Positions 1 to 10,419 of a stretch of 64,000 nucleotides of DNA are shown here, in pieces. The notes beneath the pieces were generated by a model. That model was not told the origin of the DNA. It did no database searches and saw only the letters and a program-made list of their open reading frames with translations. Position 1 is the stretch's first letter; each line of letters begins with the position of its first letter. The DNA is from Candidatus Latescibacterota bacterium (lineage in GTDB: Bacteria > Latescibacterota > UBA2968 > UBA8231): contig OZ242214.1 of assembly GCA_965206595.1 (NCBI GenBank), positions 224,001 through 288,000 of the forward strand. Reading direction: 5' to 3'. The position numbers and the translations under genes were made by a program.

Positions 1-2324
1 TGATATCCGCTCAGGAAACGGCCGAGGAGCGCTTCTACAAGGCCAAAGTCCAGATGCGCCTTGGTGATAATTATATGGAATGGGAGCGCTTCGAGGATGC
101 CTGGAACACTTATAATCAGGTGATCACCCTATATGGGGATACCCCGTATCCACCAAATGCCCAGTATCAGAAGGGAGAAGCGCGTTACTTCGCTAACCGA
201 TACGACGAAGCCCGGAGCGATTACCGGCTCGTAACCCAAAACTATCCAGACAGCGAAACTTCGTTACGAGCCCAGGCTCTCTACAGTGCAGGTTGGTCGT
301 CCGAAAAGTTGGGGGATTTCGAAGAGGCTCAGAGCCTTTACAATGAGGTCGTCGAGAGTTTTTCGAGGTCTGATCAAGCGCCGTTATGTCTTTTGCGAAT
401 CGGCCGGGTCAATACCGAGCAACAACGCTTTGATGAGGCAATCGAAGCCTACAAGATGATCGCCGAAAACTATGGAGAGACAAAACACGCAGCTGACGGC
501 AACTACGGTCTGGGAATTCTCTACAAGCAAACAGGAAGACTTGGGGAAGCTATCGTGGCTTTTTCGCGCGTGGGACGCAAAGCGCGTGAGGTGTATGTTG
601 CATCCTTGATTGAGGCGGCAAACATACACATCGGAGAAGGCCGACCAGAGCAGGGGAAGGAGCTCCTCAGCGAGTTATTGGAAGGAGTAAGCGGAGACCG
701 CGACCTCGAGGCTACGGCACATTACCAGATCGCACAATTGGATCTGAATAATAAAAACTATTTTGACGCTATCACACGCTACACAAAAGTAATCGAGGAA
801 TACCCCGAGGCAGGGGCGGTTCGGGATGCACACTATGGCCGTGGTCTTGCCTACCATTACGCCAATCGATACAGCAGGGCAGTCGCTGATTATAAGTGGC
901 TCCTTGATTCCGACTTACCGGAAACCATGGTTTTGAAGGTCGAATTCTCGATGGCCCTGTCGTTGTCCGCTCTAGGGAAGGACGAGGAGGCGACTGAGTT
1001 ATTAACCAAGGTCATCGATTCAGGAGACGAGACCCTCGCGCGCAATGCCCAACTACAGCTAATCTCGATGGCTGAGAAGCAGGATCCTCAAGACGCGATA
1101 CGCACCTACGAAAGTATGCTCGCCAAGCTCGAATCCGAGGAAGACAAAGTGCGAGTGCTGATCCGCTTGGCAAGCGCCTATTTCAGACTTGAGCAGTACG
1201 ATCGAAGCATCCAGGCATCGCAGCAACTCATTGACCTTGCCGTGGACGTCGAAAGCATCTCCAATGCGTTGTTTGTGCAGGCAAATAGCTATTTCCGCTC
1301 AGGAAATCTGGAAAAGGCGATCGCGACTTATCAGACTATCATCGATAACTATCCTCAAATTGGCTGGGCGAAAAATGCTCAATTCCAGATCGGGGTTGCC
1401 TACAATGCCCTGTCCGGAGGCGGCAATGTGCAATACCTACCGTTGATGGTGGAAGCTTTCAGAAAATATCACCAGACCTACCCGGATGACGAAAGGGCCG
1501 TTTACGCTCATTACTATGATGCGTGGGCGAGTTACCGCATGGGCAAGTGGCGTGAAGCAAGTACCGCATTCGATCAGTTGGAAAAGACCTATCCCTCGTC
1601 CCGTTTCGCTCCTGAAGCGCTGTTCCGATCGGGAGAAGCGATCTTTAACCAAGCTCAGGGCTTACTTCGGGGAGAAAAGAATCAGATTTTTATCGAAGCA
1701 ATGGGAAAATACGATCGCATTTTGAGTCGGTATTCGAAGTCCGAATACGTGGATGATTCCTTGTATAACAAAGCATGGGCACTGATTCATCTTGGACGGA
1801 AGGAAGAGGCCCTGCCAATATTTGAACGGATTGTAGACAATCATCCGGACGGCTATTACGGTCCAAAAAGCCAGTTCACCCTCGGGGATTTCTATTACAG
1901 CGAGAAGGTCTACGATAAAGCGACGGAGAATTACAAAAAATTCCTTGAGATATATCCCGATGACCGTCTGAAAAAAGCCGAAGACAAGAAACTACGTCGA
2001 AAGGCGACTGTCCTTCTCGGCCATCTCTCGGAGATTGATGCCTACAATGTTTACGCGGAAGGCGAGAAGCTGTTCGACAAGGAACAGTACGTAGAGGCGA
2101 TCGAAATTTTCGAGCAGGTTCTGGAGAGGTATCCGGACAGCGACCAAGCGGTAAACGCTGCCGTCAACATTGGGGCCGCCTACATGGCACAAGAAGATTA
2201 CCGGAAGGCTGCCGACCTGTTCAAAGGAGTAGTGGAAAAATACAGCGAAGCAGCGAGGTTTTCGCCTCAAGTAAATTTTTCCAAGCAGCAGCTGCAGGCT
2301 CTGGAAGAGGCTCGCGTCATATAA
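1..2324 (+). CDS. Large tetratricopeptide-repeat protein (BamD/YbgF-like repeats), 5'-partial
   Basis: Frame is open from the window edge (ISAQETAEERFYKAKVQMRLG...). Many TPR units of the type 'A.Y..G..Y......Y..A...Y..VI..YP.S'. Confidence 0.9.
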   Translation, partial: ISAQETAEERFYKAKVQMRLGDNYMEWERFEDAWNTYNQVITLYGDTPYPPNAQYQKGEARYFANRYDEARSDYRLVTQNYPDSETSLRAQALYSAGWSSEKLGDFEEAQSLYNEVVESFSRSDQAPLCLLRIGRVNTEQQRFDEAIEAYKMIAENYGETKHAADGNYGLGILYKQTGRLGEAIVAFSRVGRKAREVYVASLIEAANIHIGEGRPEQGKELLSELLEGVSGDRDLEATAHYQIAQLDLNNKNYFDAITRYTKVIEEYPEAGAVRDAHYGRGLAYHYANRYSRAVADYKWLLDSDLPETMVLKVEFSMALSLSALGKDEEATELLTKVIDSGDETLARNAQLQLISMAEKQDPQDAIRTYESMLAKLESEEDKVRVLIRLASAYFRLEQYDRSIQASQQLIDLAVDVESISNALFVQANSYFRSGNLEKAIATYQTIIDNYPQIGWAKNAQFQIGVAYNALSGGGNVQYLPLMVEAFRKYHQTYPDDERAVYAHYYDAWASYRMGKWREASTAFDQLEKTYPSSRFAPEALFRSGEAIFNQAQGLLRGEKNQIFIEAMGKYDRILSRYSKSEYVDDSLYNKAWALIHLGRKEEALPIFERIVDNHPDGYYGPKSQFTLGDFYYSEKVYDKATENYKKFLEIYPDDRLKKAEDKKLRRKATVLLGHLSEIDAYNVYAEGEKLFDKEQYVEAIEIFEQVLERYPDSDQAVNAAVNIGAAYMAQEDYRKAADLFKGVVEKYSEAARFSPQVNFSKQQLQALEEARVI

Positions 2325-2364
2325 GCTTTTCGGGCTGCAGCACTAACAGGGAGGATTGTAGCAA

Positions 2365-3018
2365 ATGTTAGATTTCTTTCGCGACGGGGGACCGTTCATG
2401 TATCCGCTGGGCCTTTGGTCGATTATGGCCGTGGGTTTCTTCCTTGAGCGAGTGTGGACATATTCGCGGATGCGCAGTGAAGAAGAAGTTGCCGAAGCGA
2501 CCAACGATATTAACACCCGGGTTGAATCGGGTACCACTTTCGAGCAGTTGCGTGAGTACTGCGCAGAGGTGGGCAAGCTCGAAGGTGAAGTATTCTTGGA
2601 GGGTATTATTCGTTTCGAGCACCTTTCGAGAGAACAGCGCAATGTGGAAGAAATGCGCGTCGAGATGAACGGCACCGTAGAACGGGCAGCACTTGGCTAT
2701 CTGGAGCGCTACTTGTCGGTGATCCAGTTCGTCGCCAACTCGGTGGTGTTGTTGGGGCTGCTCGGAACGGTGAACGGAATGATCCGGGCCTTCGAGGGTA
2801 TCGCGGAGAAGGGTCTCGGTGAGCCGACGATCGTTGCGGCGGGGATCTCAGAAGCGCTGATTACCACCGTTACTGGCCTTGTAATCGCTGTGCCTTCGAT
2901 TGCCATTTACACCTATTTCAGCACCCGTGCCGACAGCAGGTTCGTTCAGTTCGAGGCCTACGGACACGGGTTCGTCGACGCGTTGCTACGTCGTTGGCAG
3001 TCCTCGCAAGCTGCCTGA
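2365..3018 (+). CDS. exbB: MotA/TolQ/ExbB proton channel protein
   Basis: GGPFMYPL N-terminus; LGLLGTVNGMI and GISEALITTVTGLVIAVP transmembrane motifs; GGAGG RBS. Confidence 0.92.
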   Translation: MLDFFRDGGPFMYPLGLWSIMAVGFFLERVWTYSRMRSEEEVAEATNDINTRVESGTTFEQLREYCAEVGKLEGEVFLEGIIRFEHLSREQRNVEEMRVEMNGTVERAALGYLERYLSVIQFVANSVVLLGLLGTVNGMIRAFEGIAEKGLGEPTIVAAGISEALITTVTGLVIAVPSIAIYTYFSTRADSRFVQFEAYGHGFVDALLRRWQSSQAA

Positions 3019-3064
3019 GCGGCATTCTTGCAATTCTTAATCAGGTAGGGAGGGACAAGGAGAG

Positions 3065-3484
3065 ATGGCAGCCGTCAAAAAACGTGGTAGCCAGGACGAA
3101 AAACCTGACCTCACACCGATGATTGATGTGGTGTTTCAGCTTCTCATTTTCTTCATGGTAACGGCGGTGTTCGCTATCACCCCCGGCTTGGACATCAAAT
3201 TGCCAGAGGCAGAGGAGTCTCAGGCTCCCGAGAAGGAAAACCTCTTCATTGTGGTCGACCAGGATGGCAATATGAAGCTCAACCATAAGAGCGTTACGTT
3301 TGCCAATCTCAAAGAGGAACTGCAGGCCAAGAGGACGCTATTGGACAACACGACCTTGATCATTATTCAGGGCGACGAACGCGCTACGCATGGCCAGATT
3401 GTCCAGATCATGGACATTGCCAGACAGGTAGGCATTGTTGACCAAGTGATCGCAACGGAGCCGCAGAGAGGGCGTGGCAAATAA
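3065..3484 (+). CDS. exbD: ExbD/TolR biopolymer transport protein
   Basis: DLTPMIDVVFQLLIFFM with the conserved Asp; IIIQGD..ATHGQIVQIMD motif. Confidence 0.93.
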   Translation: MAAVKKRGSQDEKPDLTPMIDVVFQLLIFFMVTAVFAITPGLDIKLPEAEESQAPEKENLFIVVDQDGNMKLNHKSVTFANLKEELQAKRTLLDNTTLIIIQGDERATHGQIVQIMDIARQVGIVDQVIATEPQRGRGK

Positions 3485-3562
3485 TCATCTACTCTGTGGT
3501 GGATGCGTAAGTTCCAGATGACGTACTCTTGCGCCAAACGCCGAGTTGAGGACTGAATAACC

Positions 3563-4894
3563 TTGGACGATCGAAAGAAACAATTATACGCGATATTTGG
3601 GGTAGCAGTGCTGGTTCACCTGCTGCTCGTCATTTCCAAATGGTTCGCGTACGCATTGGGCGCAGCTGCTCTTGCGGTGCTCCTGATGGCGCTGTGGAAA
3701 GCTACGACTGGACGACGTCTGGGCCTTAACGCCGCCCTGATTCTGTCGATGATTGTCCACGCCGGAGCTTGGGGTATCGCCTATTATATGCAGCTTACAG
3801 TGGTGGAAGAAGAAGAAAAGCTGATTTATTTCCAGGCGCCTCCTCCCATTTTGCAGAAAAACTTCGATCTCGCGAAACAGCCAGAGATATCGGAAGTACA
3901 GATGGAAATGCTGCTCTCACAGGCAATGCAAGCGCCTGATGATATTTCGGCAATCGTCGATGTCAGTTCGGTGGGAAGTGATCTCCTTGGGGCAGTGTTG
4001 CCCGGAACTCAGGTCCTAGGAGCCTTCAGCGGGGCAAAAGCCGAAGAACTCGCTTTTGACCAAGTCGAGATGATCGAGTTGACCGAGACGGCGGCACCCG
4101 TGCAGGAAGCCTTGAGCTTAAAACAGGAACTGCTGAACGTCGGTGACCTGGACTTCGGTCGTTTCCAAGCCATCCTAATTCAGGATCCGGGCAACAAACG
4201 CAATATCAAAGGCTTCTTCAACATGACGGTGGTCGACTACGACTTGGCCGACAAAAGTATCGATCGCTTTCCCACCGCCGTAGAGGAGTTGATGCGCTAC
4301 ATCCGCGACCACTCCCGCGTGAACGCACGTATCGAGGGTACGACATTGCGGCTCAGTGACCCCAGTGTGATGAAAGCGCCGTTTATCTATCTGACAGGGA
4401 ATAGCGCAGTATTCCAGTTCACTAACACGGAGAAGGAGAACCTTGGCGAGTATCTGAAGAACGGCGGGTTTCTGTTCGCGGAAGAGATTCGGCAGGCGGA
4501 TGCGGAAAACGGTCTCACAGGCAAGAATGCAGGAGTTCAGGGGACTCTTTTCGATCGGCAGTTCAAGGCATTGATGGAAGATCCGGCGGTTCTGGGAAGC
4601 GATGGCAGCAAATGGCAGAAAATTCCGAAAGATCACGATCTATACTACAGTTTTTTCGATTTCGAGGATGGTCCGCCTATGGGTGGGGCTCCGGGTGGCA
4701 ATGTTTTCGACCTCGAAATGCTTGAGCTTCGAGGTCGCGTCGCGGTGGTTTTTAGCGATCTCAATGTCAGCTGGTACTGGGGTGATCCGAACGCCGACGC
4801 GAGGGAGCGTGGTCTGCAATTCGGGGTCAATTTGATTGTTTATGCGCTCACCCAGCCTGGTGGTATTGCTAATGTGACTCAATACACCCAGTAG
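3563..4894 (+). CDS. Membrane-anchored DUF4159-domain protein with a TonB/TolA-like SxxxH transmembrane helix
   Basis: N-terminal hydrophobic helices including SMIVH, then an acidic linker, then C-terminal PFIYLTG...LGEYLKNGGFLFAE...GRVAVVFS...FGVNLIVYAL, typical of DUF4159. TTG start. Confidence 0.75.
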   Translation: MDDRKKQLYAIFGVAVLVHLLLVISKWFAYALGAAALAVLLMALWKATTGRRLGLNAALILSMIVHAGAWGIAYYMQLTVVEEEEKLIYFQAPPPILQKNFDLAKQPEISEVQMEMLLSQAMQAPDDISAIVDVSSVGSDLLGAVLPGTQVLGAFSGAKAEELAFDQVEMIELTETAAPVQEALSLKQELLNVGDLDFGRFQAILIQDPGNKRNIKGFFNMTVVDYDLADKSIDRFPTAVEELMRYIRDHSRVNARIEGTTLRLSDPSVMKAPFIYLTGNSAVFQFTNTEKENLGEYLKNGGFLFAEEIRQADAENGLTGKNAGVQGTLFDRQFKALMEDPAVLGSDGSKWQKIPKDHDLYYSFFDFEDGPPMGGAPGGNVFDLEMLELRGRVAVVFSDLNVSWYWGDPNADARERGLQFGVNLIVYALTQPGGIANVTQYTQ

Positions 4895-4917
4895 CTTTAA
4901 CCTCGCCGACAACGAGC

Positions 4918-4961
4918 AAAGCCCGACGGTCCTTCACGGATCTCGCCGGGCTTCTTTTTTT
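4918..4961 (+). terminator. Rho-independent terminator
   Basis: aagcccg...cgggctt stem followed by a T-tract, just after the DUF4159 stop. Confidence 0.7.
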
Positions 4962-6082
4962 GGCTCGTCAGTAGAATTCGTGGGTGAATTGTGGCTCGGG
5001 TAAATCGCCAAGCTGATGGAATGAAGCGATTTGGAGTGCCTTGAAGGTGCGGCATCCGAATGCTTTTCTCCCTGTCAGATTCCATTTCAGGTTCAAGCCC
5101 TCGACCATGCCGTTGTTGAACTGCTTCCTGGCCCTGAACCAATTGAGGATGAGCTCTTGGTGACGCCGCAGCATTCCGGCGATGTCTTTCATCGGTTCGA
5201 TGTTGCTTCTCATCGTACGGAAACACCCGCGCTGGAGGAACTTCTCAGCCCACGCGGAGTAGGTGTAGTCCCAGAAGCGCTGGAAGTCCTCCTTGAGCAG
5301 GTAGGCTCTGACCGTCCGCAGGTTCATCTTCAATAGCTCCGACAGCTTCAAGCCTTGGGAGTCGCTTCTGGTCGAGGAAACGGGTCGGCTCCTGCTCGCC
5401 GCCGGCTTCCTGCTTGCGCCGGTGCTCCTGCTCCCGTTCGGTAAAGCCGTCGTTCAAGGCCTTCTTCGTCCGCTTCTCGCCCATCCACAACAGGCGGCGG
5501 CGGTGGGGGTCGATCTGGTACAGCAACGTCAGATAATGAGGCCCCTTACGATACTGGATTTCATCCACGCCGAGGGCCGTGACCTGGTCGAGGCAGCGAT
5601 GAGCGAGCCCATAGTCCACGACGTACTGGACGGAGTGGTAGACCTTGTCCCAACGGGTCCGGAAGGAACGCGCCACCTCGATCCACGACAGTTTTTTGGC
5701 CCCCTGGGCCAGGAAGCAGCGGTAGAGGTCGGTCAGGTGGTGCTTGCCCGTGCTCCAGGGGACCTTCTCGACGACCACCCGGCCGCAGGCTTTGCAGGCA
5801 ACCCGGCGCATGCGATACACCAGAAAGACCGGAAACCCCCAGAGGGGAACAAACTCGAACAGCCGGGCCTCGGGGGCCGTGTCATAGGTGGGGGCCAAGT
5901 GACCGCAGCCGCTGCACGCGCCCCGGGAGTTTTTCCGTGGCCTTATCCTCACCATTATCCTTCCGTGCCGGTCAAAATGACTGCCCTCAAACACAAACCG
6001 CTTGAAGGTCGTGCACCGGTTTAGTACCGTGATCAGGCGCATCATTCCCTCCACAGGTAGTTGGGTTCCGTCTTGGTGGACT
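4962..6082 (-). mobile_element. ISL3-family element remnant
   Basis: GGCTC terminus at 4962 next to the terminator T-tract. The other end is cut off by the IS3 element. Confidence 0.75.
4968..6045 (-). pseudogene. ISL3 transposase with internal deletion/frameshift near 5360
   Basis: N-part has a CSGC...CKAC zinc finger, VEKVPW and ALGVDEIQYRKG. C-part (RAYLLKEDFQRFW...NGMVEGLN...KAFG) is in another frame. The central catalytic segment is absent. Confidence 0.85.
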
Positions 6083-6277
6083 AGAGGTGGACCCCATTCT
6101 TTGGACAGCCGGACAGCAGGATTAGGTGGATTCATTGTGGTTAATTTGCTGCCCTGTCCTTCTTGTTCTGGAGTCCCCTGAGACCTCCTTTCCGACTCTG
6201 CAAGATCGCCGTTTTGCTGGGTGCAGGATCGTCCACCCGTCCTTGGCAAATTGTCCACACCGTCCCCCCTTCCCTGT

Positions 6278-7124
6278 TCATGCCGCCCTGCGCCGGGTGT
6301 ATTCTTCCATAGGCGTCCGGTCGCCGGCCAGGCTGGAATGAGGCCGCTCTTCGTTGTACTAGCGAAGCCAAGCCGCGATCATCTGACGCGCCTGCCCGTC
6401 CATCCTGAAAGTCGTGCAGATAGACACACTCGTATTTTAGGGAGCGCCAGAGACGCTCGATGAAGACGTTGTCCATCCATCGCCCCTTGCCGTCCATCGA
6501 GATCGCTACCCCGGCTTGCTCGAGGACCTCGGTGAACTCCCGACTCGTAAACTGGCTGCCCTGGTCGGTGTTGAAGATCTCCGGTCTGCCGTAGCGGGCC
6601 AGCGCCTCCCGCAAGGCCTCCCGGCAGAACGCACTGTCCTGGGTATTCGACAGCCGCCACGAAAGCACCGTGCGCGTCGCCCAGTCCATGATCGCCACCA
6701 GATAAAGAAAACCACGCTGCATCGGGATATAGGTCACGTCCGCGCACCACACCTGGTTCGGCCGCTCGATCCTGAGATGGCCGAGACGATACGGATAGAT
6801 CCGATGGGACCCATCCGGCGACGACGTCTGCGGCTTGCGGTAGATGGCCGTCAGTCCCATCTGTCGCATCAATCGACGCACGCGCTTGCGCCCGACCCCA
6901 TGGCCTTGGCGCCGCAGCTGACGGGCCATCTGCCGGGACCCATACCAGGGCGTGGCCAGAAACTGTTCGTCGATGGTGCGCATCAACTGCCGGTTGAAGG
7001 AACTTTCCCCTCGACCCGCGTAGTACTAGGTGGATCGCGAGAGGGCAACCAAGGTGCACTGGCGCACGATAGGGAGCCGGGGATGATCCGCATCGATCAT
7101 CGCTTCCCTTCGGTCGCGGCTCAA
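6278..7124 (-). pseudogene. IS3 transposase OrfB (DDE integrase core)
   Basis: PNQVWCADVTY, FNTDQGSQF, DNVFIERLWRSLKYE, YNEERPHSSL. In-frame TAGs at 7026-7028 and 6359-6361, plus a frameshift near 6395. Confidence 0.88.
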
Positions 7125-7402
7125 CGGCCGAAGGCGCGAGACAAAAAATCGTTCTCGACGGTCAGCTGGCCGATCTTGGCGTGCAGCGCCTTGACCTCCG
7201 CCTCATGGTCGGCGGCGCGGGAAGAGGTCTTGCGGGCGAACGCCTCGGGCAGGCTCTCCCGGGCCTGCCGTTTCCACTGCGCAATCACGTTGGGGTGCAG
7301 ATGATGCTTGGCAGCGAGCTCGGCCATCGTCTGGTCGCCGACCAGGGCCTCCAAGGCGACTTTGGCCTTGAATTGGGCGGAGAAGCTACGTCGTTTTCCC
7401 AT
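7121..7402 (-). CDS. IS3 transposase OrfA (HTH)
   Basis: RRSFSAQFKAKVALEAL...ELAAKHHLHPNVIAQWK...KIGQLTVENDFL, with a T-run possible frameshift site at the end. Confidence 0.9.
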   Translation of the reverse strand: MGKRRSFSAQFKAKVALEALVGDQTMAELAAKHHLHPNVIAQWKRQARESLPEAFARKTSSRAADHEAEVKALHAKIGQLTVENDFLSRAFGR

Positions 7403-7471
7403 GTCTCCAGTCCTTCCGTAGAGGGGTTGGATCCACCTAACGTAACTGTCCGAATTCCGGGGGCCACCTCT

Positions 7472-7844
7472 GTTTGTACGGCCAATCTGCGTGCAAATAG
7501 CCTCGGTCATTGCCGGGTTGGTTGACAGTGAAGTCAGTACAGGAGTTGCGTGCCCAAGGCCCGAACACACTCTCTACGATTTCCATGATACGCCTGTCCG
7601 CCACGTAAGGAGCGAAACACTGCGTGTAGTTGATAACTTGGCGCAACGCCCCCAACTCCCTTAGCGCCAACCCGGTGACCGCGGGACCATGTTTTGTCGC
7701 GTTCCACTTCCGTGCGCTTGTGTTGCTCGCGCTCGGCTCGGAGAACCTTCATCGCGTACCCCTTGCAACGCAATTTTTCGGTATCACTCCCTCGACAATA
7801 CAGAACCCGTCCATGAGAAGCTGGCGAAGATGATCGGAGGCCAT
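7472..7844 (-). pseudogene. PhyH-family dioxygenase, frameshifted and truncated by IS3
   Basis: Starts MASDHLRQLLMDGFCIVEGVI. Later ...IMEIVESVFG...YLHADWPY ends at the IS end. Spread over three frames. Confidence 0.75.
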
Positions 7845-7870
7845 GGCGGAATACCTCAAGTGCATCGGAA

Positions 7871-8703
7871 TCAAACTCGGTTGTACTTGAAGACCAAGTT
7901 TTCGACGCCGACTTCCCCGACATATAGATCGCCATGATGGTCGACCCATAAAGAATGAGCCCCGTGAGATCGATCGTCTGGCCCCCCAGTTACGACAAAC
8001 TGCGACAAAAGCCGCCCCTCCGAACTGAAGATGCTCACGCCGCGGCCCCGTCGGAATCGATGAATAGCCCACAAGGATATAGGCGGCCAGGCCACTGGCT
8101 CAGAAAACCCCCGTCGTAGCCGAAGAACTGGAGGCGGTTGTTTGGTTCGCGATCGGCGACGGCGACCCTTTCGTCGGGAGTAATGAAGACATTATGAGGC
8201 AGCGTAAATTGGCCAGGTTGGGACCCATTCCCTCCCCAGGAGTGTATCCAGGTGCCGTCAGATGAAAAGCAGTGTACGTAATGCTGCCCGTAGCCATCGC
8301 TGACAAAAATGTCCCCGGAGGGAGCTTGGACCGCCCTGGTAGGCATGTTGAAAGGCTCCCCCGGAGCGCCGGCATTGCCGGGGTTCCCAAGGGTTTGGAG
8401 CACCTCTCCCTCGGTTGTGCAGATACGCACGCTGTGATCGCGACAGTCCGTGATGAATAGGCGATCGTCTGGCGAGATCCAGATTTCGTGCGGCAGAGGA
8501 AACAGGTCCTCACCCCAGGAAGTCAAGTAGCGACCATCGCGATCGAACACCACAATGGCTGGTTCGGGTTCGCGGTCCACGAGGTAGACGCGGTCCACTG
8601 AATCAACGGCTATTCCGGAATTCACACCCATAACACGCCCGGTGGGCCCAAGGCCCCAGCCTTCGACCCGTTTGTATTGGTATGGTGCCGATCCTACAAT
8701 CAC
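7871..8703 (-). pseudogene. NHL-repeat protein (peptidyl-alpha-hydroxyglycine lyase-like), frameshifted near 8045
   Basis: GIAVDSVDRVY, PHEIWI, FNMPT, VSDGYG, PGQFTLPH, ADRE.NR. The last blade (AHSLWVDHHGDLYVGEV) is in another frame. Confidence 0.8.
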
Positions 8704-9287
8704 GAGATTCTCCTCGTCCGTTGGATTTGGGCACCAAGCATTGATCGAGTTCCCGCGCTTGTCAAGGTCCGGACGACACATCGCAAGGCGTTGGTTGACG
8801 GTAGATGTTCATTCTCGTAGTTAGGAACCGTTGTTGTGGGGGAGGGCTGGAATGGAGTTGCCCTGCAACTCCACGGTCCTTGGTTTCATCAGCGCTGGGA
8901 GTATGGGCAGGGGAGAAACATCGATGACGCAGCTCGCCACACCCCCTGTCTACGAAGGAAGGGAAAACCGCCCTTGACGGACTTGGGGCTACCGCCATCG
9001 AAATTACCGCCACCTTCGGAGCCGCCCCGACCAGCAAGGGTAGCATCGCTCGCTCCACGTATGGAAAGATCCGAGTCGAGAGCTCCCTCCATCTACGACC
9101 CCGCCAAGGAATGGCTCCCAGCCCCCGACCTGCCTACCGAGCAATCCTGGGGCCCCGCCCAGCGACCTGAACGGCGGCCTTGTCCTCGCCGGTGGCGCGC
9201 GCTTGTCCGAGTTCCCACCAGCGCTACATTTCGACGATTCAGCATACATGCACCGAGAGGGCTCCTTCGAGAAGTGAGAATTCAAAG

Positions 9288-10382
9288 ATGGATTTGGGAG
9301 AGATAGGTCTACGCAAGAACGAGCTGGATACGCCCGTCCTCTGGGTCGATCTCGACGGAATGGAGAAGAACATCGCCCAACTTGCCCGGTACTTTTCAGA
9401 GGCCGGGGTTAGCTGGCGGCCCCATACCAAGGGAATCAAGGTGCCCGCCATCGCCCACAAGGCGATGGCCGCGGGGGCAATCGGGGTAACCTGCGCCAAG
9501 CTGGGAGAAGCCGAGGTAATGGCCGCCGCCGGAATCAGCGACATTCTGGTGGCAAACCAGGTTGTAGGACCGCGTAAAGCCGCACGACTCGTTAATCTGT
9601 GTCGGCAGGCAGACGTCAAGGTTGCCGTGGACAACGCCGACAATGTCGCGGGCATCGGTGAAGCCGCCGTCGACAAGGGGGTCGAGGTCGGAGTGCTGGT
9701 CGAAGTGGATACGGGCATGGGGCGAGCCGGGGTCGCCCCGGGGCAAGCAGTGGTGGATCTCTCGCGGCTGGCCGCGGAGACCGCAGGTATCAACTACCAG
9801 GGAATAATGGCCTGGGAAGGACACGCGGTCAGCCTTTTCGAGCGACGCGGAAAACGGGAGGCCATCGAGCGGTCCGTCGGGCTGCTGGTCGACTCGGCGG
9901 AACTGTGCAGGAATGCGGGACTTTCGGTTCCGATAGTAAGCGGCGGGGGCAGCGGGACCTACAAGGTGACTCCGTTTCTCCAGGGGATCACCGAAATCCA
10001 GGCCGGCGGGGCGATCTTCAACGACCCCCGTTACTCTCTACGGCACGTCGAGACCGACATCTGCATCTACGTGCGCTCGACGGTTACGAGCCGGCCCGTA
10101 CCGGAACGCATGATCTTCGACGCAGGTTTCAAGGCACTGCCGGCATGGCCGGGGCAGCCTGTGGCAGTGGGGATCGAGGATGTAGAGGAGATTACGACAT
10201 CGGCGGAACACCTCGTGATGAAGCTTCGCATGCCCAATCACGAGGTACGGGTTGGCGAGGCCTTCGATTTCCAGCTGGGGTATATCGACGCCACCCTGTT
10301 CCTTCACGACAACCTGTACGGCGTCCGTGACGGGGTCGTCGAGACGGTCTGGCCGATTCTCGGTCGCGGAATGCTACGGTAA
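9288..10382 (+). CDS. DSD1/D-threonine aldolase family PLP-dependent enzyme (alanine racemase fold)
   Basis: TPVLWVDLD, WRPHTKGIK, CAKLGEAE, EVDTGMGRAG, SGGGSGT, EIQAG, SAEH. Confidence 0.9.
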   Translation: MDLGEIGLRKNELDTPVLWVDLDGMEKNIAQLARYFSEAGVSWRPHTKGIKVPAIAHKAMAAGAIGVTCAKLGEAEVMAAAGISDILVANQVVGPRKAARLVNLCRQADVKVAVDNADNVAGIGEAAVDKGVEVGVLVEVDTGMGRAGVAPGQAVVDLSRLAAETAGINYQGIMAWEGHAVSLFERRGKREAIERSVGLLVDSAELCRNAGLSVPIVSGGGSGTYKVTPFLQGITEIQAGGAIFNDPRYSLRHVETDICIYVRSTVTSRPVPERMIFDAGFKALPAWPGQPVAVGIEDVEEITTSAEHLVMKLRMPNHEVRVGEAFDFQLGYIDATLFLHDNLYGVRDGVVETVWPILGRGMLR

Positions 10383-10419
10383 CCAAACCAAGGGGGCTGC
10401 CCGCCGCATCCAGTTCGGT

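Larger units (their letters stand above)
6083..7471 (-). mobile_element. IS3-family insertion sequence (~1.39 kb), inactivated
   Basis: Imperfect terminal inverted repeats: AGAGGTGGaCCCC...GGACAG...TTAGGTGGAT from 6083 and its complement ending at 7471. Contains orfA and orfB. No target-site duplication visible. Confidence 0.85.

Noticed and set aside
6096-6110. ATTCTTTGGACAGCC as the ISL3 left inverted repeat
   Set aside because: It lies within the much better-matching IS3 inverted repeat, so the similarity is probably coincidental.
8780-9280. Short ORFs in the gap between the NHL and DSD1 genes
   Set aside because: No recognisable motifs or RBS. Likely a promoter region or decayed sequence.
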